Below, one piece after another: positions 18,948-28,040 of a stretch of DNA of 64,000 nucleotides; the first letter of the stretch is position 1, and each line of letters begins with the position of its first letter. The DNA lies in the NCBI GenBank assembly GCA_963674965.2, contig CAXXFL010000002.1, positions 512,001 to 576,000 of the forward strand. Direction: 5' to 3'. The notes beneath the pieces were generated by a model that was not told the DNA's origin, made no database searches, and saw only the letters and a program-made list of their open reading frames with translations. Position numbers and translations under genes: made by a program. The DNA is from a bacterium. Lineage in GTDB: Bacteria; RBG-13-61-14; DATKZS01.

Positions 18948-20825
18948 ATGGCGCGGAAACCGAACCCGGGAAAGATAAAGGACAAGGCGAGGAAATACCT
19001 CAAAAGAGGGAAGCTCGATTTGGCGCTCGAGGCCTACGAGGAATTGGAGAAGGTTTCCTCCGATGACCTTCGGGTGCCTCAGAAGATAGCCGAGATTTTG
19101 TTTCGCATGGGCAAGAAGAAAAGCGCCATCGAGAAATACAAGGACTCGGCTCAAAAGTACCACGAGAGGGGTTTTCTCATTCAGTCGATAGCCATCTGGA
19201 AGGTGGTGCTGGACCTGGACCCCGAGGACAAGCAGGCCATCGAGATGATTCAGGCCCTGTCGGAGGAGCGCTCGGGTCCGATACTCAAGAAGAAGCCCGC
19301 GCCGCTAAAACCCAAGAGCGCCGCTCCGGCCCAGGAGGAAGAGACCGAGGAGGAGATCGAGGAGGAGATTGAGGAGGAGATCGAGGAGGAAGAAATTCCC
19401 GAGGAAGACGACTTGGACGATGACCTGGATGAGGATATGGACGATGATCTGGATGACGACCTTGACGAGGACGACGATGAGGACCTGCAAGAGGATGATG
19501 ACACCATAGCCCTCGAGATGCCCGACGGTAACGAGGTGGAGATACCGGTCGAGGCGGAAGAGGACGAGACGGAATACGGGGAACCCGCCGATCTTGATGC
19601 TCTCGAGTCCCTCGACGGCAGCGTGCCCCTCGAGATGATTGAAAGCGAGAGGCCGGAGAGCGGCCTTGAGTACGACCTCGGTGAAGACGAGGACGAGGAG
19701 GACCTGGGCGACGCGGGTTTCTCCATGGTCCCCGCGGATAATGATGACGCTCCATCCGCGCCGGCCGATGACGTGGACCAGGAGGCGGAAATGGACGACG
19801 CCGGTTTCTCCTTGATGCCCGCCCCTCCATCCAAGGGCAAAGACGAGCCCATCGACGCGGAGGAGGCCGGTTTGAAAATCGAGCCCCTGGAGGATGACGA
19901 GCTCGAGGAGGACGGCGCTCCCCTTCAGGGAGTGGGCGACGAGGGCATCGACGCGGTCCTCGACATTCTTCCCCTCGAGGAGGAAGAGGAACTTCCTCCC
20001 GTGCCTCCCGAGCATACGCCCCTTTTCTCGGACCTCGGGCCCGGGGAGTTCGACCGGGTCTTCGAGCTTTTGCAAAGCCGGGTCCTGGACGAGGGTACCG
20101 TGATAGTCAAGGAGGGAGATGAAGGAACGGCGCTCTTCATCATAGCCCGCGGCCAACTGGGCGTATACCGGAAAGGCGCCGACGAAAAGGAAGTCAGAGT
20201 GGCCACCCTGGGACCGGGTAGCTTCTTCGGCGAGATCGGTTATTTCCACGGCAAGCGCATGGCCACGGTAACGGTCGAGAAAAAGAGCCACATCCTCGAG
20301 ATAGCCAAGTCGGACCTGGACCAGGTGGCGGAGGAATTTCCCCGCGTGCGCGAGGTGCTAAACGAGTTCTACCGGGAAAGGGTGCTGGACAACCTGATCA
20401 GCGACTCACCCCTGTTCGATTCCCTGACCCCGGAGGAGCGGGTGCATTTCCGCCAGAAGTTCGTCATCCGGCGCTTCGGGGACGGCGAGGCGATAGTCAG
20501 GGAGGGTGACCCGGGCGACTCCATGTTCCTCATCAAGTTCGGCAACGTGAGCGTCAGGGGCAAGCACCCCATAACCGGCGAGGAGGTCGAGTTGGCCAAG
20601 CTCGAGCCCACCAATTTCTTCGGCGAGGTGAGCCTCATCAAGAACAAGCCTCGGACCGCCACCATCGTGGCGGAGGGCGAGGTCGAGGTCATGGAGCTTT
20701 CCCGCGATTCCTTCGAGGAAATCAGGGCCTCGCACCCGGAAATAGGGGAATCGGTCGAGCACACCATCGAGCGCAGGGTCGAGGAAACCATCAAGAAAAT
20801 GGTGGACTTGATAGACGACGATTGA
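18948..20825 (+). CDS. TPR plus acidic linker plus tandem cyclic nucleotide-binding domain protein
   Basis: N-terminal TPR-like helices; about 230-aa D/E-rich linker; two cNMP domains (FFGEIGYFHGKRMATV; FFGEVSLIKNKPRTATI). Confidence 0.88.
   Translation: MARKPNPGKIKDKARKYLKRGKLDLALEAYEELEKVSSDDLRVPQKIAEILFRMGKKKSAIEKYKDSAQKYHERGFLIQSIAIWKVVLDLDPEDKQAIEMIQALSEERSGPILKKKPAPLKPKSAAPAQEEETEEEIEEEIEEEIEEEEIPEEDDLDDDLDEDMDDDLDDDLDEDDDEDLQEDDDTIALEMPDGNEVEIPVEAEEDETEYGEPADLDALESLDGSVPLEMIESERPESGLEYDLGEDEDEEDLGDAGFSMVPADNDDAPSAPADDVDQEAEMDDAGFSLMPAPPSKGKDEPIDAEEAGLKIEPLEDDELEEDGAPLQGVGDEGIDAVLDILPLEEEEELPPVPPEHTPLFSDLGPGEFDRVFELLQSRVLDEGTVIVKEGDEGTALFIIARGQLGVYRKGADEKEVRVATLGPGSFFGEIGYFHGKRMATVTVEKKSHILEIAKSDLDQVAEEFPRVREVLNEFYRERVLDNLISDSPLFDSLTPEERVHFRQKFVIRRFGDGEAIVREGDPGDSMFLIKFGNVSVRGKHPITGEEVELAKLEPTNFFGEVSLIKNKPRTATIVAEGEVEVMELSRDSFEEIRASHPEIGESVEHTIERRVEETIKKMVDLIDDD
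19335..19500 (+). repeat. Coding low-complexity tandem repeats (EEEI)n and (DDDL)n
   Basis: 12-nt period GAGGAGGAGAT(C/T) and GACGATGACCTG-like units. Confidence 0.8.
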
Positions 20826-20993
20826 TCGTTGGATTTATTGCATGGGGAATCTTCGCTCTGGAATAGGGGGCGCGACCTCGGAGCGGAAGAGCAATTTAAA
20901 GCGAGCCTTTCGTTGATTGGCGGCATGCAACCGCGGTCCGCTGGGCGTATTGCCAGGGAAAGGTTCGCGGACGGTAAAGCGGCGGAGGTATAA

Positions 20994-22784
20994 ATGGCTG
21001 GCGGCAAAAAGAAGGTATCGGCGGCCAAGGCAAGGGCCGGCGGAGCGGGGGACCTTGGAAAGGTCCGGGCCGAACTCGAGCGGGTCCGGGCGAAATGCGA
21101 AAAGCTCTCCCGCAAGGAAAAGCTCTATAAAGAGATCACGAGCATTACCAGCAAGAAGTTCAACCTCGACGCGTTCCTGGACAGGCTGATGGAAAGCGTG
21201 ATGGAGGCCACGGAAACCGAGAGCGCTTCCCTCTTGCTCCTGGACGAGTCCGGCCTCGAGCTCGAGTTCAAGGTGGTAAAAGGCCCGGGCGCGAAAAAGC
21301 TCTCGGGCTCCAGGATTCCGGCGGACGAGGGCATAGCCGGCAAGGTGATTATCGAGAGGAAGGCCCACTGCGCCAACGACGTGGCCAAGGACCCGGCCTG
21401 GAGCCCCCGAGTGGCCAAGTCCATCGGCCACAAGACCATGAACATCCTGGCGGCCCCCCTCCGTATCGGCGGAAAAATCGCCGGCGTGGTCGAGATCATC
21501 AATAAAAAGGGCGGGCAGGAATTTACCTCTCAGGACCTGGCCATCCTCAAGACCTTGACGGCCGAGACGGCCCTCGGGATCGAGACGGCCAACCTGCTCC
21601 TCGAGGCCAGGAGGAGGGCCGATCAGTTCGCCACCCTGGCCAAGTTGTCGGCCATTCTCAACTCGAGCCTCAACCAGAAGGAGGTAAGGAAAAGGGCCAT
21701 GGAGGCGGCCGTCGAGTTGCTCCATTGCGAGACCGGGTCCCTGTACCTTATCGACAAGGAGAAAGGCGAGCTTTACTTCGAGGTTGCCCTGGGCGAGAAG
21801 GGCGAGGCGGTCAAGGAAATCCGGCTGAAAATAGGGGAGGGCGTGGCCGGATGGGTGGCCAAGAAGGGAAAGAGCGATTTTGTTCCCGATACCTCCCGGG
21901 ACCCCCGCTGGGCCAGCAAGGTGGACAAGAAAAGCAAGTTCAAGACCCGGAACATGGTAACCGTTCCCGTCAAGGCCAAGGGAGAAGTAATCGGGGTGCT
22001 TCAGGCCCTCAACAAGCTTGACGGGCAAAAGTTCGACAAGGCCGACTTAAAGCTTCTCGAGACCCTGGCCGACCAGGTGGCCATCGCCCTCGAGAACGCC
22101 AGGCTCTACGCGGAGCAAAAGGTGATGTTCATGGAAACCGCCGAGGCCCTGGCCACGGCCATTGAAAAACGAGACCCCTACACGGGCGGCCACACCAAGA
22201 GGGTAAGGGACTTCAGTATGGCCACCGCCAAGTATATGGACCTTGACGACGAGCAGATGGAGTGGCTCGAGTTGGCTGCCATTTTGCACGACGCGGGCAA
22301 AATCGGGGTCGACGACGAGATACTTCGCAAGCCGGGCAGGCTGACCGATGAGGAATTCGAGAAAATGAAGGCCCATCCTGGCTATGGTTTCGAGATACTA
22401 AGGCACGTCACCCAGCTTGCTCGGGCCATACCGGGCATGAAGTACCACCATGAGCGTTACGACGGCAAGGGTTATCCCGACGGCCTGGCGGACGGGGAAA
22501 TCCCGCTTTTGGCCCGGATCATCACCGTGGCCGACACTTGGGACGCCATGACCTCGGACAGGCCCTACCGGAAGGGATTGCCTCACAAGGTGGCCAATGA
22601 CGAACTGATCAAATTCTCCGGAATACAGTTCGATCCGGACGTGGTGAAGGCGTTTTTAAAGGCTTATAAAGAGGGCGAGATAGCTCCTCTTGCCCAGAGC
22701 GGAGCGCCGGCCGCCGCTTTGAAAGTTGAAAAAAAGAGTAAAACCGGCAAAAAAAACAATAAAGAGGTTTCAGGGTCGATTTAA
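20994..22784 (+). CDS. GAF-GAF-HD-GYP cyclic dinucleotide phosphodiesterase
   Basis: Two GAF domains (GIAGKV..NKK; GVAGWV..LNK); RDPYTGGH, LHDAGKIG, HHERYDGKGYP, VADTWDAMTSDRPYRK. Confidence 0.92.
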   Translation: MAGGKKKVSAAKARAGGAGDLGKVRAELERVRAKCEKLSRKEKLYKEITSITSKKFNLDAFLDRLMESVMEATETESASLLLLDESGLELEFKVVKGPGAKKLSGSRIPADEGIAGKVIIERKAHCANDVAKDPAWSPRVAKSIGHKTMNILAAPLRIGGKIAGVVEIINKKGGQEFTSQDLAILKTLTAETALGIETANLLLEARRRADQFATLAKLSAILNSSLNQKEVRKRAMEAAVELLHCETGSLYLIDKEKGELYFEVALGEKGEAVKEIRLKIGEGVAGWVAKKGKSDFVPDTSRDPRWASKVDKKSKFKTRNMVTVPVKAKGEVIGVLQALNKLDGQKFDKADLKLLETLADQVAIALENARLYAEQKVMFMETAEALATAIEKRDPYTGGHTKRVRDFSMATAKYMDLDDEQMEWLELAAILHDAGKIGVDDEILRKPGRLTDEEFEKMKAHPGYGFEILRHVTQLARAIPGMKYHHERYDGKGYPDGLADGEIPLLARIITVADTWDAMTSDRPYRKGLPHKVANDELIKFSGIQFDPDVVKAFLKAYKEGEIAPLAQSGAPAAALKVEKKSKTGKKNNKEVSGSI

Positions 22785-22895
22785 CGCATTATGCGATAGT
22801 TATTGAAAAAATTTTCAAATAGTATACATTTATGGTAGAATTTTATTGATTTTATCGTCCGTTATTAATTGATAGTTTCACAAAGGAGGATTCCT

Positions 22896-23546
22896 ATGGG
22901 GGTGGAGGACGTTCTATTCCAGCGGTTGGGCAAAACATTTCCGTCGGGCACGGTTTTATTTCGCGACGGCGAGCGCGGCAAAGAGATGTACGTCATACAA
23001 AGCGGCGAGGTTAAGATCACCAAGGAGGTGAGGGGAGAGGTCCAGACCCTGGCCACCATCGGGGCGGGAGAGTTCTTCGGCGAAATGGCGATCCTCAACA
23101 ACAAGCCCAGGTCGGCCAGCGCCGAGACCGTATCCGAGGCCAAGATGCTGGTTATCGACCCCAAGACCTTCGAGGCCATGATCAAGGGCAACACCGAGAT
23201 CGCGGTCCGGATGATCAAGAAACTGGCCCAGCGCCTCGAGGAGGCGGACCACCAGATCGAGAGCCTCATGCTCAAGGACTCGAACAGCAGGGTGGTCCAT
23301 ACCCTGGCCCGGCTGGCCGACGCGCAGGGAAAGCAGACCCCCGAGGGAATCAAGATAGACATGGACATGCAGAGTCTCGCCGGCAAATGCGGCCTCGAGA
23401 CCGGCCAGGTCCAGGAGATCGTGAACAAGATCGCCAACGCCAAGCTGCTCAAGGCGGAGCCCGACTCGATAACGATAGTCAACGTGGACAAGCTAAGAAA
23501 ATATCTCGAGTACCTCACCATGAAAGAGCAGTTCGGAGACCTGTAA
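22896..23546 (+). CDS. Crp/Fnr family transcriptional regulator (cNMP-binding)
   Basis: AGGAGG RBS before ATG 22896; FFGEMAILNNKPRSASA phosphate-binding cassette; C-terminal HTH-like region. Confidence 0.88.
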   Translation: MGVEDVLFQRLGKTFPSGTVLFRDGERGKEMYVIQSGEVKITKEVRGEVQTLATIGAGEFFGEMAILNNKPRSASAETVSEAKMLVIDPKTFEAMIKGNTEIAVRMIKKLAQRLEEADHQIESLMLKDSNSRVVHTLARLADAQGKQTPEGIKIDMDMQSLAGKCGLETGQVQEIVNKIANAKLLKAEPDSITIVNVDKLRKYLEYLTMKEQFGDL

Positions 23547-23565
23547 TTTAAGGGAGCCAACGGTC

Positions 23566-24327
23566 ATGGAAATAAGGGTCCTGGGTTGCTATGGCGGTGA
23601 AATGCCGGGTCATAAGACCACGTGCTTTATGGTCAACGAAAACGTGGTCATCGACGCCGGCGCGCTTACCGGGTCCCTTGCCATCGAGGACCAGGAAAAG
23701 GTCGATTCCATTATTCTTACTCACTCGCACATCGACCACATTCGGGACATACCCTTCCTGGCGGACAACATTTTCGGGAAAAAGGACAGGCCGGTCATGA
23801 TCCACGGCCTGCCCGAGACCATAGAGAACCTGCGCGAGCACATCCTCAATTTCTCCGTTTGGCCCGATTTCACGGTCCTGCCCGACCCGGACAACCCCAT
23901 CGTCGCCTATCACGAGCTCGAGGAGGGGGCCGAGACGGAGATCGAGGAGTTGACCATCACCCCGATCAAGGTCAATCACACCGTGCCCACCGCCGGTTAT
24001 ATCGTGCAGAACGGCGACCGGTCCTTCGCCTTCTCGGGCGACACCGGCCCCACGGAGAAGCTGTGGGAGGCCGTCCGGGAGATCAAATCCATGACGACCC
24101 TGTTCATCGAGGTCAGCTTTCCAAACCGTCTGGCCTCATTGGCGGCGGCCAGCGGACACCTGACCCCCGAGATGGCCGTCAAGGAACTGGAAAAAATTCA
24201 GCGCCCGGACCTCAAGATTTACGTCCAGCACATGAAGCCGCAGTACTTGACCGAGATCGTCAAGGAAATCGAGTCGTGTGACGCCAACCTCAAGGTGATC
24301 CGCCAGGAAGACAGAATCGAGATTTGA
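23566..24327 (+). CDS. 3',5'-cyclic nucleotide phosphodiesterase, class II (MBL fold)
   Basis: VLGCYGG, IDAG, THSHIDHI, FNxxxWPDF-like ILNFSVWPDF, FSGDTGP, EVSFP, GHLTP, HMKP. Confidence 0.85.
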   Translation: MEIRVLGCYGGEMPGHKTTCFMVNENVVIDAGALTGSLAIEDQEKVDSIILTHSHIDHIRDIPFLADNIFGKKDRPVMIHGLPETIENLREHILNFSVWPDFTVLPDPDNPIVAYHELEEGAETEIEELTITPIKVNHTVPTAGYIVQNGDRSFAFSGDTGPTEKLWEAVREIKSMTTLFIEVSFPNRLASLAAASGHLTPEMAVKELEKIQRPDLKIYVQHMKPQYLTEIVKEIESCDANLKVIRQEDRIEI

Positions 24328-24334
24328 TTCCCTG

Positions 24335-26587
24335 ATGGCCGAAAAGAAGAAAAAGCTTTGCTTGCCGCCGCTCCCGGCCGGAGCGGCTTGTTTCGTCATC
24401 GCTCTCGCGCTCGTAGTTCTCTACCCCTTCCATTGCCCGGCTCAGCTCAAGACCTTTTCCCTGCCCCCCGCCGAGGCGGGAAAGCCCATAATCATCACGG
24501 CCGACGAGTTGACCTGGCTTCGGGTCGAGAACCTGGTCCAGTTCGAGGGCAACGTAAGGATCGAGCACCCCACCTACGTCATAACGGCCGACCGCGTCCA
24601 GTCCGACGTTGACAGGAGGATTATTCGGGCCTATGGCAACGTGGTCGTGACCCGGATCGAGAAGGAGGGCGCTAGGGAGATTCTTCGGGCCGAGGAAGTC
24701 GAGTTGAACGTGGACAAGGAAACGGGATGGATGCTTCATTCGAGGATCGAGGTCCCGGCCGACGACCTGACCATCAAGTTCGAGGGCAAAAGACTGACCA
24801 AGATCGACGATCACACTTACCTCATCGAGGACGGGTCCTTTACCTGGTGCCAATGCGGGGAGGGCAAGGCCCCGGACTGGAAGATCGAGGCCGACGACAT
24901 CAACGCCGACCTGGAAAAGGACGCCTCGGCGAGAGGGGCCCAGATTAAGCTCCGAGACAGGCGCTTCGGGGGCAAGGTCCCGAAGTTCACCTATCCCATC
25001 TCCAACGAGAGAAGGACGGGAGTGCTCATGCCCGAGATCCAGGTTTCCAGCGCCGACGGCTTCCAGATCGAGCTCCCCTTTTATTTCGTGCTCTCCCGGA
25101 GCGCGGACGCCACTTTCGCGCCCCGCTACATCGCCGAGCGGGGGATGGACCTCGGCGGCGAGTTCCGATACAACTACGGTCCCCTTGGCAAGGGTGACGT
25201 CCACGGTTTCGGCATCTCCGACGCCAAGGAGGACGAGCCCAGGGGGGGCATCCGGCTAATCCACCGTACCGACCTGGTCGACGAGTTCAGCCTGGCGGCG
25301 GACGTGTCCTTTATTTCCGACAACGAGGTCCTGTACGACTTCGACCACAGGAACCTGGGAAACGAGAACCAGAGGGCCCTCGAGTCCAGGGTCTACGCCT
25401 CCTATCATTGGGACTACATGAACCTGACCGGGGAATTCGCCACCTTCGACGACCTCATGGGCGGCGATATAAGGGAAAGCGACTTTGGAAGCGACGCGGA
25501 CGGCATGATGGTGCAAAGGCTGCCGGCCGTCAGGTACACCATGCTCACCCGGCCGGTGATGGGGCCCGTCATGTTCGACCTTTCAACCTACGGGGCCAAC
25601 TATTACCGTCAGGACATGGACGGCGGACAGATGATCACCCTCCTGCCCAGGTTCTCGACTCCCCTCCGCGTATTGGACGCGGCCGACTTCTGGTTCGCCG
25701 TGGGTTACAGGGAATGGCTCCTTATCCCCGGCGACGAGTATAACTCCGACTCGTCCTTCATCGGGAGGCCCGAGTCGGAGCTGTCCGTCTCAGCCCAGTG
25801 GGAAAGAATTTACGAGGGAGATGAAAACGTCTTCCGCCACTCGATCAGGCCCGAGCTGGTGGGCGTATACGCGGCCGCGCCGGAGGACGACCCGGACGAT
25901 CCCTTCTTCGGTCCCTTCAACCCGGCCTCGGGAAACACCGAGTACGCCCAGGCGGGGATAGAAATAGTGCCCCGCTCCGACGTCGAGCTGCTTGGCGTGC
26001 ACCTCGACACCCGGCTGTGGTCCAGGCCCCGGGACGAGAAGGCCCCCCAGATATCCGAGACGGCCAAGGTCGAGATCACCCAGCTTTACGACTTCGAGAA
26101 CAAGCTTTGGCGCGACGTGAGGCTGGAGGGGTCCCTTGGCGAGCCCACTCCATGGAGGATAAGCCTCGACTCCTACTATAGCTGGGAGGAAACGGAATGG
26201 AGCAGGTTCATCTCGTCAGTGGCCTATAAGTTCGGCGAGGTGGCCGAGGTCAAGGCCGGATACCGCTACGACTCGGGCGAGGTTCGGTCCCCCTATTTCG
26301 AGTTCGAGGCCGAGGAGGACGAGTCCATAAACGGCGGATTTAAGGTCTGGCCCAACGATCGCAACCAGGTCCGGTACCAGATCGATTATTCCCTGGCCTA
26401 CGACCAGGTCGTACGGCAGGAATTCGAGTGGGACTTCCTGGCCAAACAAAGGTGCTGGGGATTCAACCTTAAGGTCTCGGACCGCCTTAATCCCTCCGAC
26501 GCCGACGAGGACCACGACCTCAGCGCGACCTTCAACTTCAAGATCACCGAGCCGGACCTCTCCAAAATCGCCCTGGAACCGGAATAA
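24335..26587 (+). CDS. lptD: LPS-assembly protein LptD
   Basis: N-terminal OstA-like region (IIITADEL..FEGNV), FTWCQC..PDWKIEA, RRTGVLMP, PRYIAERG, CWGF near C-terminus. Confidence 0.85.
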   Translation: MAEKKKKLCLPPLPAGAACFVIALALVVLYPFHCPAQLKTFSLPPAEAGKPIIITADELTWLRVENLVQFEGNVRIEHPTYVITADRVQSDVDRRIIRAYGNVVVTRIEKEGAREILRAEEVELNVDKETGWMLHSRIEVPADDLTIKFEGKRLTKIDDHTYLIEDGSFTWCQCGEGKAPDWKIEADDINADLEKDASARGAQIKLRDRRFGGKVPKFTYPISNERRTGVLMPEIQVSSADGFQIELPFYFVLSRSADATFAPRYIAERGMDLGGEFRYNYGPLGKGDVHGFGISDAKEDEPRGGIRLIHRTDLVDEFSLAADVSFISDNEVLYDFDHRNLGNENQRALESRVYASYHWDYMNLTGEFATFDDLMGGDIRESDFGSDADGMMVQRLPAVRYTMLTRPVMGPVMFDLSTYGANYYRQDMDGGQMITLLPRFSTPLRVLDAADFWFAVGYREWLLIPGDEYNSDSSFIGRPESELSVSAQWERIYEGDENVFRHSIRPELVGVYAAAPEDDPDDPFFGPFNPASGNTEYAQAGIEIVPRSDVELLGVHLDTRLWSRPRDEKAPQISETAKVEITQLYDFENKLWRDVRLEGSLGEPTPWRISLDSYYSWEETEWSRFISSVAYKFGEVAEVKAGYRYDSGEVRSPYFEFEAEEDESINGGFKVWPNDRNQVRYQIDYSLAYDQVVRQEFEWDFLAKQRCWGFNLKVSDRLNPSDADEDHDLSATFNFKITEPDLSKIALEPE

Positions 26588-26599
26588 TTTTTCGCTCGC

Positions 26600-27988
26600 C
26601 TATTTCCTCATGGCCGCCTTGTGAAGGGCCAGGCCAAAGGAGTCGGCCGCCGCCTCCATGACCATTTCCGACAGGGTGGGGTGAGCGTGAATGACCTCGG
26701 CCAGCTCGTGAACGGTCACCCCCAACTGGACCGCCGCCGACAGCTCGGCGATAAGGTCGGAGGCGTGGGCCCCTATGATGGACCCGCCAAGAATCCTGCC
26801 GGTACCCGGGTCGGCGACCACCTTGACGAAGCCCTCCGTCTCTCCCATGCATTGGGCCTTACCTGCGGCGGCGTAGCCGAACCTTCCCACCTTGATCGGG
26901 ATTTTTTCCTCCCGGGCCTTGTCCTCCCCCAGTCCGACGGCGGCTATCTCGGGACGAGTGAAGGTCACCCACGGTATGGCGTCGAGCTTGAACTCCCGGT
27001 GCTTGCCTATAAGGTTGTCGATCACCACCTCCATTTCATGCGCGGCGACGTGGGCCAGCATGGGGGGGCCGATCGCGTCACCCGCGGCCCATATCCCGGG
27101 CGCCGACGTGGCCCCCCGGCCGTCTACCTTGACGGCGCCGTTGGCGGTCTCCACGCCGGCCTCCTCGAGTCCCAGCCCGCCGATGGCTGGACGCCTGCCC
27201 ACGCTGACTATCATCTTGTCGGCCGAGACGGTCTCTCCATTGTCGAGGGCGCATTTAACCTCGGGGCCCACCTCGAGGTCCTCAACCGTCGCGCCGAGCA
27301 TGAACTTGATCCCCGATTTTTCCAGGGCCTTTTGTACGACCTTGGCCGAGGCCCTGTCCTCATTCATCAGCACGCGGGGAAGGGCCTCGACCACCGTGAC
27401 CCTCGAGCCGAAGGTAGCGAATATGTCGGCGAACTCGAGGCCGATGACGCCGGCGCCGATTATTATCAGGCTGCCGGGCGCGTGGTCCAGGCTAAGCGCT
27501 CCCTCCGACGAGAGGGTCGTCTCCTCGTCTATCGGGACGTTGGGCAGGTCGGACGGCCTCGATCCGGAGGCGATGACGATATCCAGGCACTCGATATCAA
27601 CCCTTCCCTCGGCCGAATCTACCGTGACCAGGCCCGGCTTCACTATTTTGCCTGGGCCTTGAACCAGCTTCACCTTGGCCGCCTTGATAAGGCCGGACAC
27701 TCCCTTGACCAGGCTCGCCGTTACCTCGTCGCGGAACTCGGCGGCCCTGGCGTAATCGAAGGAAGGCTCGCCGCCAAGGACCACGCCGAAACGTCCCGAG
27801 CCGCGAGCGGCGACCAGGGAGTCGGCGCACTGGCGCAGGGCCTTGGTCGGAATACAGCCTCGGTTCAGACAGGTCCCGCCCGGCTTGTCGCGCTCGACGA
27901 GAGCGACCGTTTTGCCCTCCCTGGCGGCCTTGAGCGCTCCCGAGTACCCGGCGGGCCCCGCTCCGATAATACAAACGTCGTACTTCAT
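26600..27988 (-). CDS. lpdA: Dihydrolipoyl dehydrogenase
   Basis: IIGAGPAG, GGTCLNRGCIPTK redox disulfide, IIGAGVIGLE, PMLAHVA, HAHPTLSE. Confidence 0.95.
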   Translation of the reverse strand: MKYDVCIIGAGPAGYSGALKAAREGKTVALVERDKPGGTCLNRGCIPTKALRQCADSLVAARGSGRFGVVLGGEPSFDYARAAEFRDEVTASLVKGVSGLIKAAKVKLVQGPGKIVKPGLVTVDSAEGRVDIECLDIVIASGSRPSDLPNVPIDEETTLSSEGALSLDHAPGSLIIIGAGVIGLEFADIFATFGSRVTVVEALPRVLMNEDRASAKVVQKALEKSGIKFMLGATVEDLEVGPEVKCALDNGETVSADKMIVSVGRRPAIGGLGLEEAGVETANGAVKVDGRGATSAPGIWAAGDAIGPPMLAHVAAHEMEVVIDNLIGKHREFKLDAIPWVTFTRPEIAAVGLGEDKAREEKIPIKVGRFGYAAAGKAQCMGETEGFVKVVADPGTGRILGGSIIGAHASDLIAELSAAVQLGVTVHELAEVIHAHPTLSEMVMEAAADSFGLALHKAAMRK

Positions 27989-28040
27989 GCGTTTATCCTT
28001 TCGATGACATTATGGCACGGATTAAAGGAAGTTTGGAGAA

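Noticed and set aside
19335-19500. Short tandem repeats as a CRISPR array
   Set aside because: In-frame coding 12-nt units without spacers; no cas genes in the window.
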